DNA of 52,752 nucleotides from a virus. Taxonomy: Duplodnaviria; Caudoviricetes. Shown here in pieces: positions 9,149 through 18,819 of the stretch. The position numbers and the translations under genes are program-made. The stretch's first letter is position 1. Each line of letters opens with the position of its first letter. The notes beneath the pieces are model-generated. The model did no database searches and was not told the origin of the DNA. It saw only the letters and a list, made by a program, of their open reading frames with translations. Location: the IMG/VR virus record IMGVR_UViG_3300029985_000054, positions 1-52,752 of that record. One strand, given 5' to 3'.

Positions 9149-11329
9149 TTATAAAGATCCTCCTACAGATACCTTAGGTCTAGTATACATACTGCCAGTA
9201 GTACCACTCTTAGGCTTAGGCATCTGATTTGTTGATGAAGAAACTGATGTGCTACCATTATTTTTACTCATTCTTCCTATAACTGAACTTAGCAAGTCTA
9301 CCTGAGTGGTTGCATGAATTAAGGATTGGGCTAAATCTTTAAGGCTAAATGAAGTATGAGTTGCTTCTTCATTTACCATAGCAAACCCTTTGCCTATTGT
9401 AAAATCTTTTGAATTTTCTGCTGTTAATGCATTGGTAGCGGCTATAAATCCACGTTGTGTTTTAGTTGATGTTACATTACCATTTACTGATGTTGGTGCT
9501 TCTGCTTCCTGATAATTAGATAAATTATGTTTCCTATCAAACCACATCGCCGTTATGCCACCACCAAATGGGTTTTTATCTTTTTGAGCCTGTAATAAAT
9601 TTTTTCTGTATTCTGCTGCTTTTGGATCCCCTTTACCTGACATTAGATTGGGTAGATCAACTCCAGCTAAAGTCTTAGCCAAATAGTTGTCCATGGTTCT
9701 TCCAGATATTGTATCTCCATAATAAGCAGCCTGCATACTTTGCATTCCTGGATTCAAACCAGTTGAACGTGCAATGGTATCAATTGCAGCACTAGAACTC
9801 ATTCCCGATTGTTTAAGTGTAATTGCATTAACTGCTGCTGCTGCTGGGTCAGATACTCCATAAGCACTAAACTTGCTCGTCATATTGTTAACAAAATCTT
9901 TAGATTGAGAAGTGTTCATTCCTTTAGTTAAAAATGCTGTTGATGCCGCCATGCTAGTGGATTGTTGCATAGTAAGTTGTGCTGCAATAGTATAATCAGT
10001 TAATTGGTCTATAGCCTTAAAATTCTTATTATACGCTCCAGCTGCTTTCTTCATTGCAGTAACTAATGGATATTGCGCATCTGTAACTGAATATCCACCA
10101 CCAGATAAGTTAGAAGCTCTTTGATTGGTTGCTCCTAATGCCTCACCACTCATGGTATTATTAGTAGCAGTTTCCCATGCTTGTGATTTTAATGCATTAC
10201 CAGCACTATTATAAGACGCATAAGCTTGACCAGCTGCCATTACCCCAACCCCAGTAACTGGTGCAAACTTACCAACAACTCCGCCAACTCCTGCACTTAT
10301 TCCCTCAACATATGCATTTTTACGTTGTGTATCAGCATTCATTACACCACTTACCTGTGAGCCATAGTTGAACCCGTTTGTTATTGGGTTTTGCATCATA
10401 GCACTACCAGCGGTTACATCAGCTCCCATTAGTTTATCAAATGCTCTACCTGCAATTGGTATAGAGCTAAGAGCGACAATCTGGGATAGTTTACTCGTAG
10501 CGGATTTTTTAATCGCACCATTTAAGTCTGTAGATATATTACGCAACAATTCTTTGGCAAACTTAGAATCACCTGATTTTTCATATTCATTGGCTTTATC
10601 CATTAATGCTGAAAGGTTATCTTGTTTTTTTAATAATGCTTGATTTTTATCAGCATTAGAACCTGCCGAAATATTTCTGGATTGAGCATTTAAAGTTGCA
10701 TTAGCTAATACCTCTGGAGAATTAAGATGTGATATTTTAGCAGCGTTGTTTGCATTTTTAGCAGCATCATTAGCTATTCTATCAGGATTAAGCAATATTG
10801 AGGCTCTTGCTTGTGTATTCTGTAATCTTGTACCCGCTACTTGGTTTTGTAATCCAAGACGTTGAGTTATTCCTTGATTAGCTAATGCTAGATAATCAGT
10901 TTTTCTCTTATAGTTCGCTGCATCTGAACCATTTCTATTATTTTGTATTGCAATCTGATGGTCTCTATTTTTTTGAGCTTCTGATGCTTGACGGTCTGCT
11001 TTATATTTATCAGCGGCTGTTTTTATTTGTAAATCTGCAGTTTTTTGATTTGCTGCAAATCTAGCAGTTTCAGCAACTAATTGTTGAGCTGGGATTTTTG
11101 TTTGAACGTTTAATCGGGATGTCTCCTGAGCATAAGACCTAGGCATGTGAGTATTTTTGTCTTTATTATAATTGTTGCTTTTAGTTATGAATTCTTTCAT
11201 ACTTCCACTAAAAGAACCCATTTGAGATGCAAGACTATCAATAGCAGATATTAGTTTATCATTATTAACCGCATGTTCTCCACCACCTGAAGATGTTGCA
11301 TCTAATTGAAATACTAATTTTTCTTGCAT
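9149..11329 (-). CDS. Tape measure protein
   Basis: 726 aa, Ala/Gln-rich and helical; follows the chaperone genes. Confidence 0.8.
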   Translation of the reverse strand: MQEKLVFQLDATSSGGGEHAVNNDKLISAIDSLASQMGSFSGSMKEFITKSNNYNKDKNTHMPRSYAQETSRLNVQTKIPAQQLVAETARFAANQKTADLQIKTAADKYKADRQASEAQKNRDHQIAIQNNRNGSDAANYKRKTDYLALANQGITQRLGLQNQVAGTRLQNTQARASILLNPDRIANDAAKNANNAAKISHLNSPEVLANATLNAQSRNISAGSNADKNQALLKKQDNLSALMDKANEYEKSGDSKFAKELLRNISTDLNGAIKKSATSKLSQIVALSSIPIAGRAFDKLMGADVTAGSAMMQNPITNGFNYGSQVSGVMNADTQRKNAYVEGISAGVGGVVGKFAPVTGVGVMAAGQAYASYNSAGNALKSQAWETATNNTMSGEALGATNQRASNLSGGGYSVTDAQYPLVTAMKKAAGAYNKNFKAIDQLTDYTIAAQLTMQQSTSMAASTAFLTKGMNTSQSKDFVNNMTSKFSAYGVSDPAAAAVNAITLKQSGMSSSAAIDTIARSTGLNPGMQSMQAAYYGDTISGRTMDNYLAKTLAGVDLPNLMSGKGDPKAAEYRKNLLQAQKDKNPFGGGITAMWFDRKHNLSNYQEAEAPTSVNGNVTSTKTQRGFIAATNALTAENSKDFTIGKGFAMVNEEATHTSFSLKDLAQSLIHATTQVDLLSSVIGRMSKNNGSTSVSSSTNQMPKPKSGTTGSMYTRPKVSVGGSL

Positions 11330-11334
11330 CTTAT

Positions 11335-11559
11335 TTACCTATTATTGTTAGTCATTGCATCTTTTAAAGATATAGTGTTATTACCAAATGATTTTAATTG
11401 CTGTTTAGTGTCTTCTCGTCCTCGTTTATGGATAACATATCTTGTAAGGATTTGATGATAGACGTATTCTCCTCTAGTTTTATCAGCATTTCGTATGTTT
11501 TCTCCAATACTTTTGACATCTGAGCAGAAGTCAATCCAGCTATAGTAATTGACTTTTTT
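11335..11559 (-). CDS. -1 frameshift extension of the tail chaperone (gpGT-like C-terminus)
   Basis: The -1 frame is open from the A AAA AAG slip site to a stop 5 nt before the TMP start. Confidence 0.6.
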   Translation of the reverse strand, partial: KKVNYYSWIDFCSDVKSIGENIRNADKTRGEYVYHQILTRYVIHKRGREDTKQQLKSFGNNTISLKDAMTNNNR

Positions 11560-12086
11560 TCTGGGTCGCATAATTCCTCCATGAGTTGAACTATAGACTC
11601 TTCACTAATTTCGTCAATCACTGGATTATAATCAGCTTCTAATTTTATATATGCATTTAATAAAGAGGCAAATTCAACCGCCGTCATTCCACTAATTTCA
11701 TCTTCTGTAAAATATCTAGTATCAGGTATTTCTTTACAATTAGCGGATTCTTTACAAACTGTAGTAGCTCTACTAATCTGTTTAATATTAAATATTCTCT
11801 CAAAGTTCAGATTATATAACAATCCTTTAAACTCAGGGTATTTAGTTTTCATATCAATTATAGTCTGGTGTTGGAGTTTTGCTGTTTCTTCCATAGATAA
11901 TAGACGCATAGGAACATCTATACCGTTTATATTTACTTGATGAATAGTACGAGTACCTTTACCAATCTTAACTACACGTTCAAAATCTAATCCATGATTA
12001 GCTATTAATTCAGCTTTCACCCCTGGTTGGTTAAATCTCTCATCTTGAGAGGTGTATTCATCTATATATGATTTTCCATTATTCAT
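11394..12086 (-). CDS. Tail assembly chaperone (gpG-like)
   Basis: Between tube and TMP; contains a slippery heptamer. Confidence 0.7.
   Translation of the reverse strand: MNNGKSYIDEYTSQDERFNQPGVKAELIANHGLDFERVVKIGKGTRTIHQVNINGIDVPMRLLSMEETAKLQHQTIIDMKTKYPEFKGLLYNLNFERIFNIKQISRATTVCKESANCKEIPDTRYFTEDEISGMTAVEFASLLNAYIKLEADYNPVIDEISEESIVQLMEELCDPEKKSITIAGLTSAQMSKVLEKTYEMLIKLEENTSIIKSLQDMLSINEDEKTLNSN
11553..11559 (-). other. Programmed -1 frameshift slippery site A AAA AAG
   Basis: GAA AAA AAG is in the chaperone frame; canonical X XXY YYZ. Confidence 0.65.
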
Positions 12087-12530
12087 TTATACTCCACCAA
12101 TCCAATCGGTATCACCACGCACATAAAACACTAAATCCTCTTTAACATTAATTCCTGAAGAAGCTGTTATGTCATCAGAAGCCCACGCTATATTAGTTAA
12201 TAGATATACATTACCACCAGCATATACATTACTTGCATAATTACCAGCAGCAGCTATTAATGTCATATTGTAAGATGAAGAATCATAATCTAATGAGCTG
12301 AAGTCTACAGGCAAAGAGTCCGCTTGTAAATTACCTGATATTCTAAGTATAGTATGTTTATTGCCTAAAATAGTTCCTGATGAGTAATGGTCTTCACTAA
12401 AACCATCCACCCATGAAATACCCCCATCACGAGATATTGCTACCGATACTATATTGCCTGGTTTACCAAGTATAGAGTTTGCCCCTAAAAGTACATTAAA
12501 CCTATCGAAATAAATTCCTTTTGCAGCCAT
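12087..12530 (-). CDS. Tail tube protein
   Basis: 147 aa, directly after the sheath gene. Confidence 0.7.
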   Translation of the reverse strand: MAAKGIYFDRFNVLLGANSILGKPGNIVSVAISRDGGISWVDGFSEDHYSSGTILGNKHTILRISGNLQADSLPVDFSSLDYDSSSYNMTLIAAAGNYASNVYAGGNVYLLTNIAWASDDITASSGINVKEDLVFYVRGDTDWIGGV

Positions 12531-12542
12531 AATTTAACTCCT

Positions 12543-14738
12543 TTATGCAGCTTGTTGAAGGTTAACTGTGCTACTAAATATATTAATTGTGTAAAATATA
12601 TTTTCTAATCCTGGGATAATTTGCATAGGAATTACAATATCAACTCCTAATGGATTATTAGGGTCTTGCACTATAGTTACGAATGCTTGATTTTGAATTA
12701 CATTTAATAACATCCCTGCATTCTGCATAGTTAACATAAATGCAATAATATTACTTTTGAGTTTAGTTAATATTGTAGTATTCTGCCTAACTTGCCCCAA
12801 ACCTATAGTAGAACAAATTAAGTATAATCCTAATTTTAAATAATCTACAGTTTGCCACACATAAATAGGATAATTTTCTCTATCAGGAGTTGGTAATCCA
12901 GGAAAAGTTATTTGTCCTGTTATTGGGTTAATTACGTAAGCTTGAGTATTATTATTCACCGCTATCACATTCCAGCCAATTTGTAATATTGAATCTGCTG
13001 GACCAGATATAGACACATCAATATATGTGTTATTATTAGCAGAAGTAGGTAGACCATTTATGATAACGCCACCTTGTGGATTCAATGGAGATACATTACT
13101 ACCAATTACCATAGCAAAGGCTGCTGATAATTGACCAGCACTACATGGCAATTCCCCAATTGATGGGTTATAAGGGTAGTAAATAGGCTCAAATTGGTAA
13201 TTATTAACATTACTAGGCAAACTCATAACTGCTGTATTAACTGGGATTGTTAAATTAGCAAAACATATAAAGCACACTCCTTGACCATTTTGAGTAGCCG
13301 CAGGTAAGTTTAAAGTTGCAACATAATCAAATGCAGGCTTATATGTAGTAGTAATGTCTGTATTCGTATTAATTTGATATGGCAAAGAAAATTGTTGTAA
13401 TGATATTTTTTTATAAGCGAATAACTTTTGCTGAAAAGTAAATATTGTTTGTAATGCATCCAACTGTAGTGTACATAAATTGGTTGTATTAAATGTGCCA
13501 GTTACATTAGATAATGTTACATTTAAAACCCCACCATTCACTACTGCACTTACCACTGTTCCTACAGCTAAACTTGTTGCTTGCGTTATTGTAGTATTAC
13601 CCAATGCCGATAATGGAATATATGCCACATTCAATGATGGGATTGCAAAAGTAACAACTGACCCAGATACAACAGTTGGAACAGTTAAAGTTAATGCATT
13701 AGATGTGGGTCCAAATAATCCACTATCTGTTGCATTAGGTAAAAATGAAAAGTATACATTTGGAGTTGCAACAGTTGAATTCTGGTTTAATGGAATTAAA
13801 CTTGCTGCAATACCTTGATAAATATTCATAATAAAAGGTTCTGTATAATTTGCATCTGGAACTAATAAATTACTATTAACAAAACTAATTTGTAGGACAT
13901 CAGCTGCGGCTACACTTGCAAATCCGTTTGATTGTAGAATTATATAACTATCGTATGTCACACTACTAATCACGGTTGTAGCCACTGTTGCGCTGATAAA
14001 TGCTCCAGTAATAGATGCAGTGGTATCATTAAATGTACCACTTATCCCAGCCCCTACCAAGGGCTGAATTAGTGAAGCACTACTGGTGAAGTATACAATT
14101 ACTTTACTTTGAGATGCTAAAGTTGTTGTATCTACATGAGCCGAACCTAACAAGGTTTCTGTAGCGCTGTAACCTGTTTGTACAGTAAATCCACAGGATA
14201 CAAAATATTCTAATGTGCCTGCAGCATCATTTAGGTATTGAGTCGGCAATTGATAGCAATTATAATATTGATACATTGGAAACCCAGATTGTGGCTTTAA
14301 TATAGGTAGTCCCATATTTGCATAAGTTACTGCAATAATATCACCAGTAGTAATAGTAGCAAATGCTGTAGCTTGTAAAATTATATAACTATCATAAGTT
14401 ACTGAACTTACTACAAATGAACCAACTGCTGCACTAACAAATGTACCTGTAACGGTAGCTGTACTATCATCAAATGTACCAGAAACTTCAACACTAAGCA
14501 AAGGGTTTACTAATGTAGCGCCCTCAGAGTAATATACGATAGCTTGATTTTTAGCAGCTAGAGTAATTACATCAACATGTGAAGCCGCACCAAAGGTTAC
14601 AGTTCCGCTATTTGGAGTATCTAAGGGCTTTCTATTACCAAAAAGATAAATGTTATTTTGTGAATTTGGGAGTCCTGGTGATGCAATTTGAAATTGCTGT
14701 CCCTGTACACTGGGGATCCTAGTATTAAGATTAATCAT
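12543..14738 (-). CDS. Contractile tail sheath protein with inserted beta domains
   Basis: Sheath-like C-terminus (TVDYLK...TIVQDPNNPLGVDIVIPMQIIPGL); position before the tube. Confidence 0.85.
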   Translation of the reverse strand: MINLNTRIPSVQGQQFQIASPGLPNSQNNIYLFGNRKPLDTPNSGTVTFGAASHVDVITLAAKNQAIVYYSEGATLVNPLLSVEVSGTFDDSTATVTGTFVSAAVGSFVVSSVTYDSYIILQATAFATITTGDIIAVTYANMGLPILKPQSGFPMYQYYNCYQLPTQYLNDAAGTLEYFVSCGFTVQTGYSATETLLGSAHVDTTTLASQSKVIVYFTSSASLIQPLVGAGISGTFNDTTASITGAFISATVATTVISSVTYDSYIILQSNGFASVAAADVLQISFVNSNLLVPDANYTEPFIMNIYQGIAASLIPLNQNSTVATPNVYFSFLPNATDSGLFGPTSNALTLTVPTVVSGSVVTFAIPSLNVAYIPLSALGNTTITQATSLAVGTVVSAVVNGGVLNVTLSNVTGTFNTTNLCTLQLDALQTIFTFQQKLFAYKKISLQQFSLPYQINTNTDITTTYKPAFDYVATLNLPAATQNGQGVCFICFANLTIPVNTAVMSLPSNVNNYQFEPIYYPYNPSIGELPCSAGQLSAAFAMVIGSNVSPLNPQGGVIINGLPTSANNNTYIDVSISGPADSILQIGWNVIAVNNNTQAYVINPITGQITFPGLPTPDRENYPIYVWQTVDYLKLGLYLICSTIGLGQVRQNTTILTKLKSNIIAFMLTMQNAGMLLNVIQNQAFVTIVQDPNNPLGVDIVIPMQIIPGLENIFYTINIFSSTVNLQQAA

Positions 14739-14750
14739 TTTGTTCCTCTC

Positions 14751-15458
14751 TTATGAGAATAAATAAGGTTTAGGATAAGCGTAATCAGAAAAATATTGAA
14801 ATAAATTATATATAATTTTATTAGGATCTACTTGACCCTCTACACCTATTCTTTGTAACATATCATAATAATTTGACATATCAAATTGATAGTTAGTTCT
14901 AATCTCTAATTTCCAAGCATCACCAATTTCAGATAATTTATATCTAGTAGGAAATACAATGTCTATTTGTTTGCCAAATTCCACTAATGGACTACCAAAC
15001 TCTTCTTTATATCTAACTATATCATCGTAATTATCTGCATTTGGATTTGGCAAAGGAACCATTGCATCATTCAAAATAGTCCAAAATGGAATACTTTGTA
15101 GTATATTTTTAAATGCATGACCTAGAGTAACTAATACTGAAGTGCTATCTTCTCTGTCTAATCTAATCGGTAAGAATATATCTATACATATTTGTCCCAC
15201 ATCTGAGTAGAATCTACTAGATGTCTTTGCTGATGGCTCATATATTACCATTGCGGGTAACGAGGTAATTGTAAAGTCATCACGCTTATAACTTGTTATT
15301 GATGCTTCATTTCCGAATGCTTGTAAAATATATGGATTAGCTAGAAGAGCCTGCTTAATAGCAGGGCATATCCTATTTGTACCTAGATAAGTTATCCAAG
15401 TAAAATCTGCCATTGATAGTAATGCAGCACTACTATCGTTATCTAAAGGACTCTGCAA
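14751..15458 (-). CDS. Tail terminator/completion protein
   Basis: Position before the sheath; LPAMVIYE motif. Confidence 0.55.
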   Translation of the reverse strand: MQSPLDNDSSAALLSMADFTWITYLGTNRICPAIKQALLANPYILQAFGNEASITSYKRDDFTITSLPAMVIYEPSAKTSSRFYSDVGQICIDIFLPIRLDREDSTSVLVTLGHAFKNILQSIPFWTILNDAMVPLPNPNADNYDDIVRYKEEFGSPLVEFGKQIDIVFPTRYKLSEIGDAWKLEIRTNYQFDMSNYYDMLQRIGVEGQVDPNKIIYNLFQYFSDYAYPKPYLFS

Positions 15459-15849
15459 TTAATTCTCGCAATCTTCTAACTATAAAAGCTATTTCTTTTT
15501 CATCAAAGTTGAAAAAATCTCTACCATAATCATAAATCAATCTGTTAATAGCCCCATCTCCCTCACGATGGTTAGCTGTTACAATTATTTCTATCTCATT
15601 TTGAGATAACTGATAATCAATATTGATTGAATTTCTTAAATATCCATACTCTAAGTTAAAACTATTTGCATGATTAGGTGATCTTCTGTTTTTTCTCTTA
15701 ACTGTGTTTTCTTTTAATGGTTGCCAACCTTCTTTACCTTGAGGACTGAAATATGACTTTTTCATATCTTCTAACTCTTGGCATACTATAGGTAAAGCAA
15801 CATCCAATTCAGCAACTAATCGTTCTTTAAATTTATCTAGTACGTCCAT
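15439..15849 (-). CDS. Virion morphogenesis/neck protein (Mu G / P2 gpS-like)
   Basis: WQPLKENTVKRK...GYLRNSI...RDFF motif. Confidence 0.75.
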   Translation of the reverse strand: MDVLDKFKERLVAELDVALPIVCQELEDMKKSYFSPQGKEGWQPLKENTVKRKNRRSPNHANSFNLEYGYLRNSINIDYQLSQNEIEIIVTANHREGDGAINRLIYDYGRDFFNFDEKEIAFIVRRLRELIAESFR

Positions 15850-16441
15850 ATCTGCCCATATTATTGTAAAACCAATTTCTAAATGGGTTTATCTGTCCTT
15901 GTATTGCGCGCTCGTTTAATCTGCCATTTTCTGTAACTGGTCTTGACCCTACTCCAACCACCATTGGTCTTGCGACACCTTTTTGATAAAAAGATGACTG
16001 AGGGTCTAGCATTAACCCTGGGAATGGAGGGAATAAGTATTGGTCACTTTTTGGGTCTTTACCCAATATATCATGTTCTAAACGTTCAAAGCGTTGTATG
16101 TAGTTCTCTAAGTATGACTCTCCACGTGTACCCTCACTTTTACCAAATTCGGTTTCCATGATATATATACACGCTTGAAGTACACATAATTTTTGGATAG
16201 CTTTGGAAGTAGACGGAGGAACTATCTCATTAAATGGCTCTCCATTTACTCCCATTAGTGCAGGATTTATAATATATTGACGACTTAATATCCTCTCTAC
16301 CCAAGATTCAGCATCTTCAATATTATCTAATACTTGATTATCGGATAGATACTTAGTATTAGTATTGCTAAATGTTACCTTACCATCAAGACTAGACTTG
16401 ACCATTTGTAAGGTTATATATTTAGGGGTATAGAAACTCAT
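15833..16441 (-). CDS. Head-tail adaptor (Mu gp36/DUF1320-like)
   Basis: YIT...IEDAESWVERILSRQY..P...IQKLC pattern. Confidence 0.7.
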   Translation of the reverse strand: MSFYTPKYITLQMVKSSLDGKVTFSNTNTKYLSDNQVLDNIEDAESWVERILSRQYIINPALMGVNGEPFNEIVPPSTSKAIQKLCVLQACIYIMETEFGKSEGTRGESYLENYIQRFERLEHDILGKDPKSDQYLFPPFPGLMLDPQSSFYQKGVARPMVVGVGSRPVTENGRLNERAIQGQINPFRNWFYNNMGRYGRTR

Positions 16442-16920
16442 TAATCTACAATCTCAGCTAGAGGTATTTTAAGACAATCACGCTTAAAGTCTTGTTCGTA
16501 TTTATAAACTCTAATAGTGTCATCTCTAGGAACCGTTTTAGTTTGTGCTGGGTCTATATAAAATAAAGCATCTTCCATTGACATTTCATAAAATGGCAAT
16601 CCAGATCTTTCTTTATCTGTCATTTCTCTAATTTCATCAAGTGTATATGCTATACCATTAATTCTAGTAGCTCTATTAAATACATATGGTTGACCATATT
16701 TTTGCACTAACATATTCTGGATTACAGAGTCTTCATTAGGTACAAATTTATACATTCCACCAAACATTGGGTTCTTTATGAAATTAGCAATATATTCTTC
16801 TCTTGCCTCATCCCATAAAGATTTTCCACTATCATTCTTTTTAAGATACTTTTGATTAACCGAAATTTGGTTAAACTTTAATTTAACCATTTTACTTGGT
16901 TTTGCTTTATCTTGGGTCAT
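16441..16920 (-). CDS. Hypothetical protein in head module
   Basis: RBS present; tightly coupled after the capsid gene. Confidence 0.5.
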   Translation of the reverse strand: MTQDKAKPSKMVKLKFNQISVNQKYLKKNDSGKSLWDEAREEYIANFIKNPMFGGMYKFVPNEDSVIQNMLVQKYGQPYVFNRATRINGIAYTLDEIREMTDKERSGLPFYEMSMEDALFYIDPAQTKTVPRDDTIRVYKYEQDFKRDCLKIPLAEIVD

Positions 16921-16929
16921 TTAATATCC

Positions 16930-18327
16930 TTATGACAATACATTAAAAGTAAAAACGTCGAAGTAACGAGGTAATCTAACACCACCACGCCATCCATTCA
17001 TCAATGCAATCATTGGTTGGGTAACCCCCTGAATTGTATTAGATGCCATACTATCAATAATTTGGAAGAATTTACCAGGTCTTGCATTTTGCATTCCACC
17101 ATTTTGAGCTGCTAAACTATAAGCATACTCTCCATATGGCGCACCGAATGCATTAGTGTCAACTTTAATCCAAATTTGACCAGTAGGAAGTAAATAATTA
17201 GTTGTTCCTGCTGCATGACCATTAGGGTCATTAACATCAGCAATATAAGCACTTGCATCATACATAACATCAATATCTAAATCAGCACCTAAATAATATG
17301 ATAAAACACTTTTTACGCTATTAGGATTGTTATCTCCATGTTTTTGCATAATTCTATCTGAATATTGCGTATTTACACGATTAATAACTGTAGGATTCTG
17401 GTTAAATAATGATCCAGTTATTGGATTCATAATTAAAGTAACATTTAAATTCTTATAAAGAATTAACAATAAGTTACGAATAGTGATTAAATCTAATATT
17501 GGGTTTGAGTTAGCATTAGGAACTATATTACTTCCTGATACACTACCCCATACTCCATTCAATGCACCAGCTGTAAATCTGTTACCTGAGGGGATACCAT
17601 AGCTAATGGATTGATCTTGCCAAGTATAACTACCAGTAAAGATAGCTTGGTAAATATCATTCATACGTCTTGTTCCGCCACGATGCGTTAACTGTGCTGA
17701 CCATTTAGACATACAAGCCGCTAATCCACGAATCGCCAGATTTTGATTCCCTGGGTCACGTAAGTTTAATGCTTCATTTTGGTTAATCTGAATCATTTCT
17801 ATCGCAAATGGAGGCAGCCATTCTTCTGTTTGGAATCCTCTTTTTTGAACTACTTGTACGGGTGTGTCCATAGCATTCTGATGCGTCATACCAGTAATTG
17901 GTTGCCATACATCCATAAATAACTTATTAGCTTCATATTCACCTTCTGGGAACATTTTAGCTATAACTTCATTTTCCACCACAGGAGTAACCTGTTCAAT
18001 TACACCAGTAATCAAACTAGTACCATCTAAATAATCACTTCCAGTAGTTCCTAATTTAACACTAGAAAAGCTATTTTGAGAAAATTTAGATTTTTCCGCT
18101 AATTTTGAGCCTTCTTTAAAAGCAAATTTAATATTGCTAGGAATTTTCCCATTTTTGCTTTCTTCATGGGTAATGGGAGCAATAATATCTCCAATTGTTT
18201 TAACTCCAACCCTTAGAAACACTTCTTCAATAGCTGCTTCTTTTTCAGACTCAGACTTAAACATTACCGATTCCAACATTGGGATCTTAGGTTTGTTAAC
18301 TTTCAAATGTAACATTGAGTTATTCAT
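16930..18327 (-). CDS. Major capsid protein (lambda GpE-like) with N-terminal extension
   Basis: GFQTEEWLPP, LNLRDPG, ISYGIP, W...ANSNPILDL and GGVRLPR motifs. Confidence 0.85.
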   Translation of the reverse strand: MNNSMLHLKVNKPKIPMLESVMFKSESEKEAAIEEVFLRVGVKTIGDIIAPITHEESKNGKIPSNIKFAFKEGSKLAEKSKFSQNSFSSVKLGTTGSDYLDGTSLITGVIEQVTPVVENEVIAKMFPEGEYEANKLFMDVWQPITGMTHQNAMDTPVQVVQKRGFQTEEWLPPFAIEMIQINQNEALNLRDPGNQNLAIRGLAACMSKWSAQLTHRGGTRRMNDIYQAIFTGSYTWQDQSISYGIPSGNRFTAGALNGVWGSVSGSNIVPNANSNPILDLITIRNLLLILYKNLNVTLIMNPITGSLFNQNPTVINRVNTQYSDRIMQKHGDNNPNSVKSVLSYYLGADLDIDVMYDASAYIADVNDPNGHAAGTTNYLLPTGQIWIKVDTNAFGAPYGEYAYSLAAQNGGMQNARPGKFFQIIDSMASNTIQGVTQPMIALMNGWRGGVRLPRYFDVFTFNVLS

Positions 18328-18330
18328 CTA

Positions 18331-18819
18331 TTATGCTCCTGTAATCATGTTAGTAAATTGTACCCATTTTACAGGCACTCCGCCCTCAACTATAGTCTGC
18401 ACTGATGCATAACCATTAGTTATTAAATAATCAATGTCTGTAGTTCCTGAATTAAAACCAGTTAATGCAAGATAATTAAATAATGTACCAATATTCATCT
18501 GCGTAGCAATTTCGAAGAATCCAGAAGTTATCTCTCCACTTACAGGAACAAATGCATCTGAACTTGCTGCTTCATCGAAGAAAACTCCAGCAAAAGCACG
18601 AGTAGACTGTAGTGTACTATCGAATATTTGCAAATTAGAAGTAGTCGCATACGTAGAAGATTTAGCCATTAAAGTACCAACAACATATTTTGTTACGTCA
18701 GTTTGTTTAGTTAAATCAATTTGGTTTGATGATACAACAGGCACTGGTCCTCTAATACTATTAGGGATGCCAAAAGTAGCGCCAGCATAATTATTATTAA
18801 TCTGAGGGTATAGCTTCAT
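18331..18819 (-). CDS. Head decoration protein
   Basis: 162 aa between scaffold and MCP; YVVGTLMAK motif. Confidence 0.65.
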   Translation of the reverse strand: MKLYPQINNNYAGATFGIPNSIRGPVPVVSSNQIDLTKQTDVTKYVVGTLMAKSSTYATTSNLQIFDSTLQSTRAFAGVFFDEAASSDAFVPVSGEITSGFFEIATQMNIGTLFNYLALTGFNSGTTDIDYLITNGYASVQTIVEGGVPVKWVQFTNMITGA

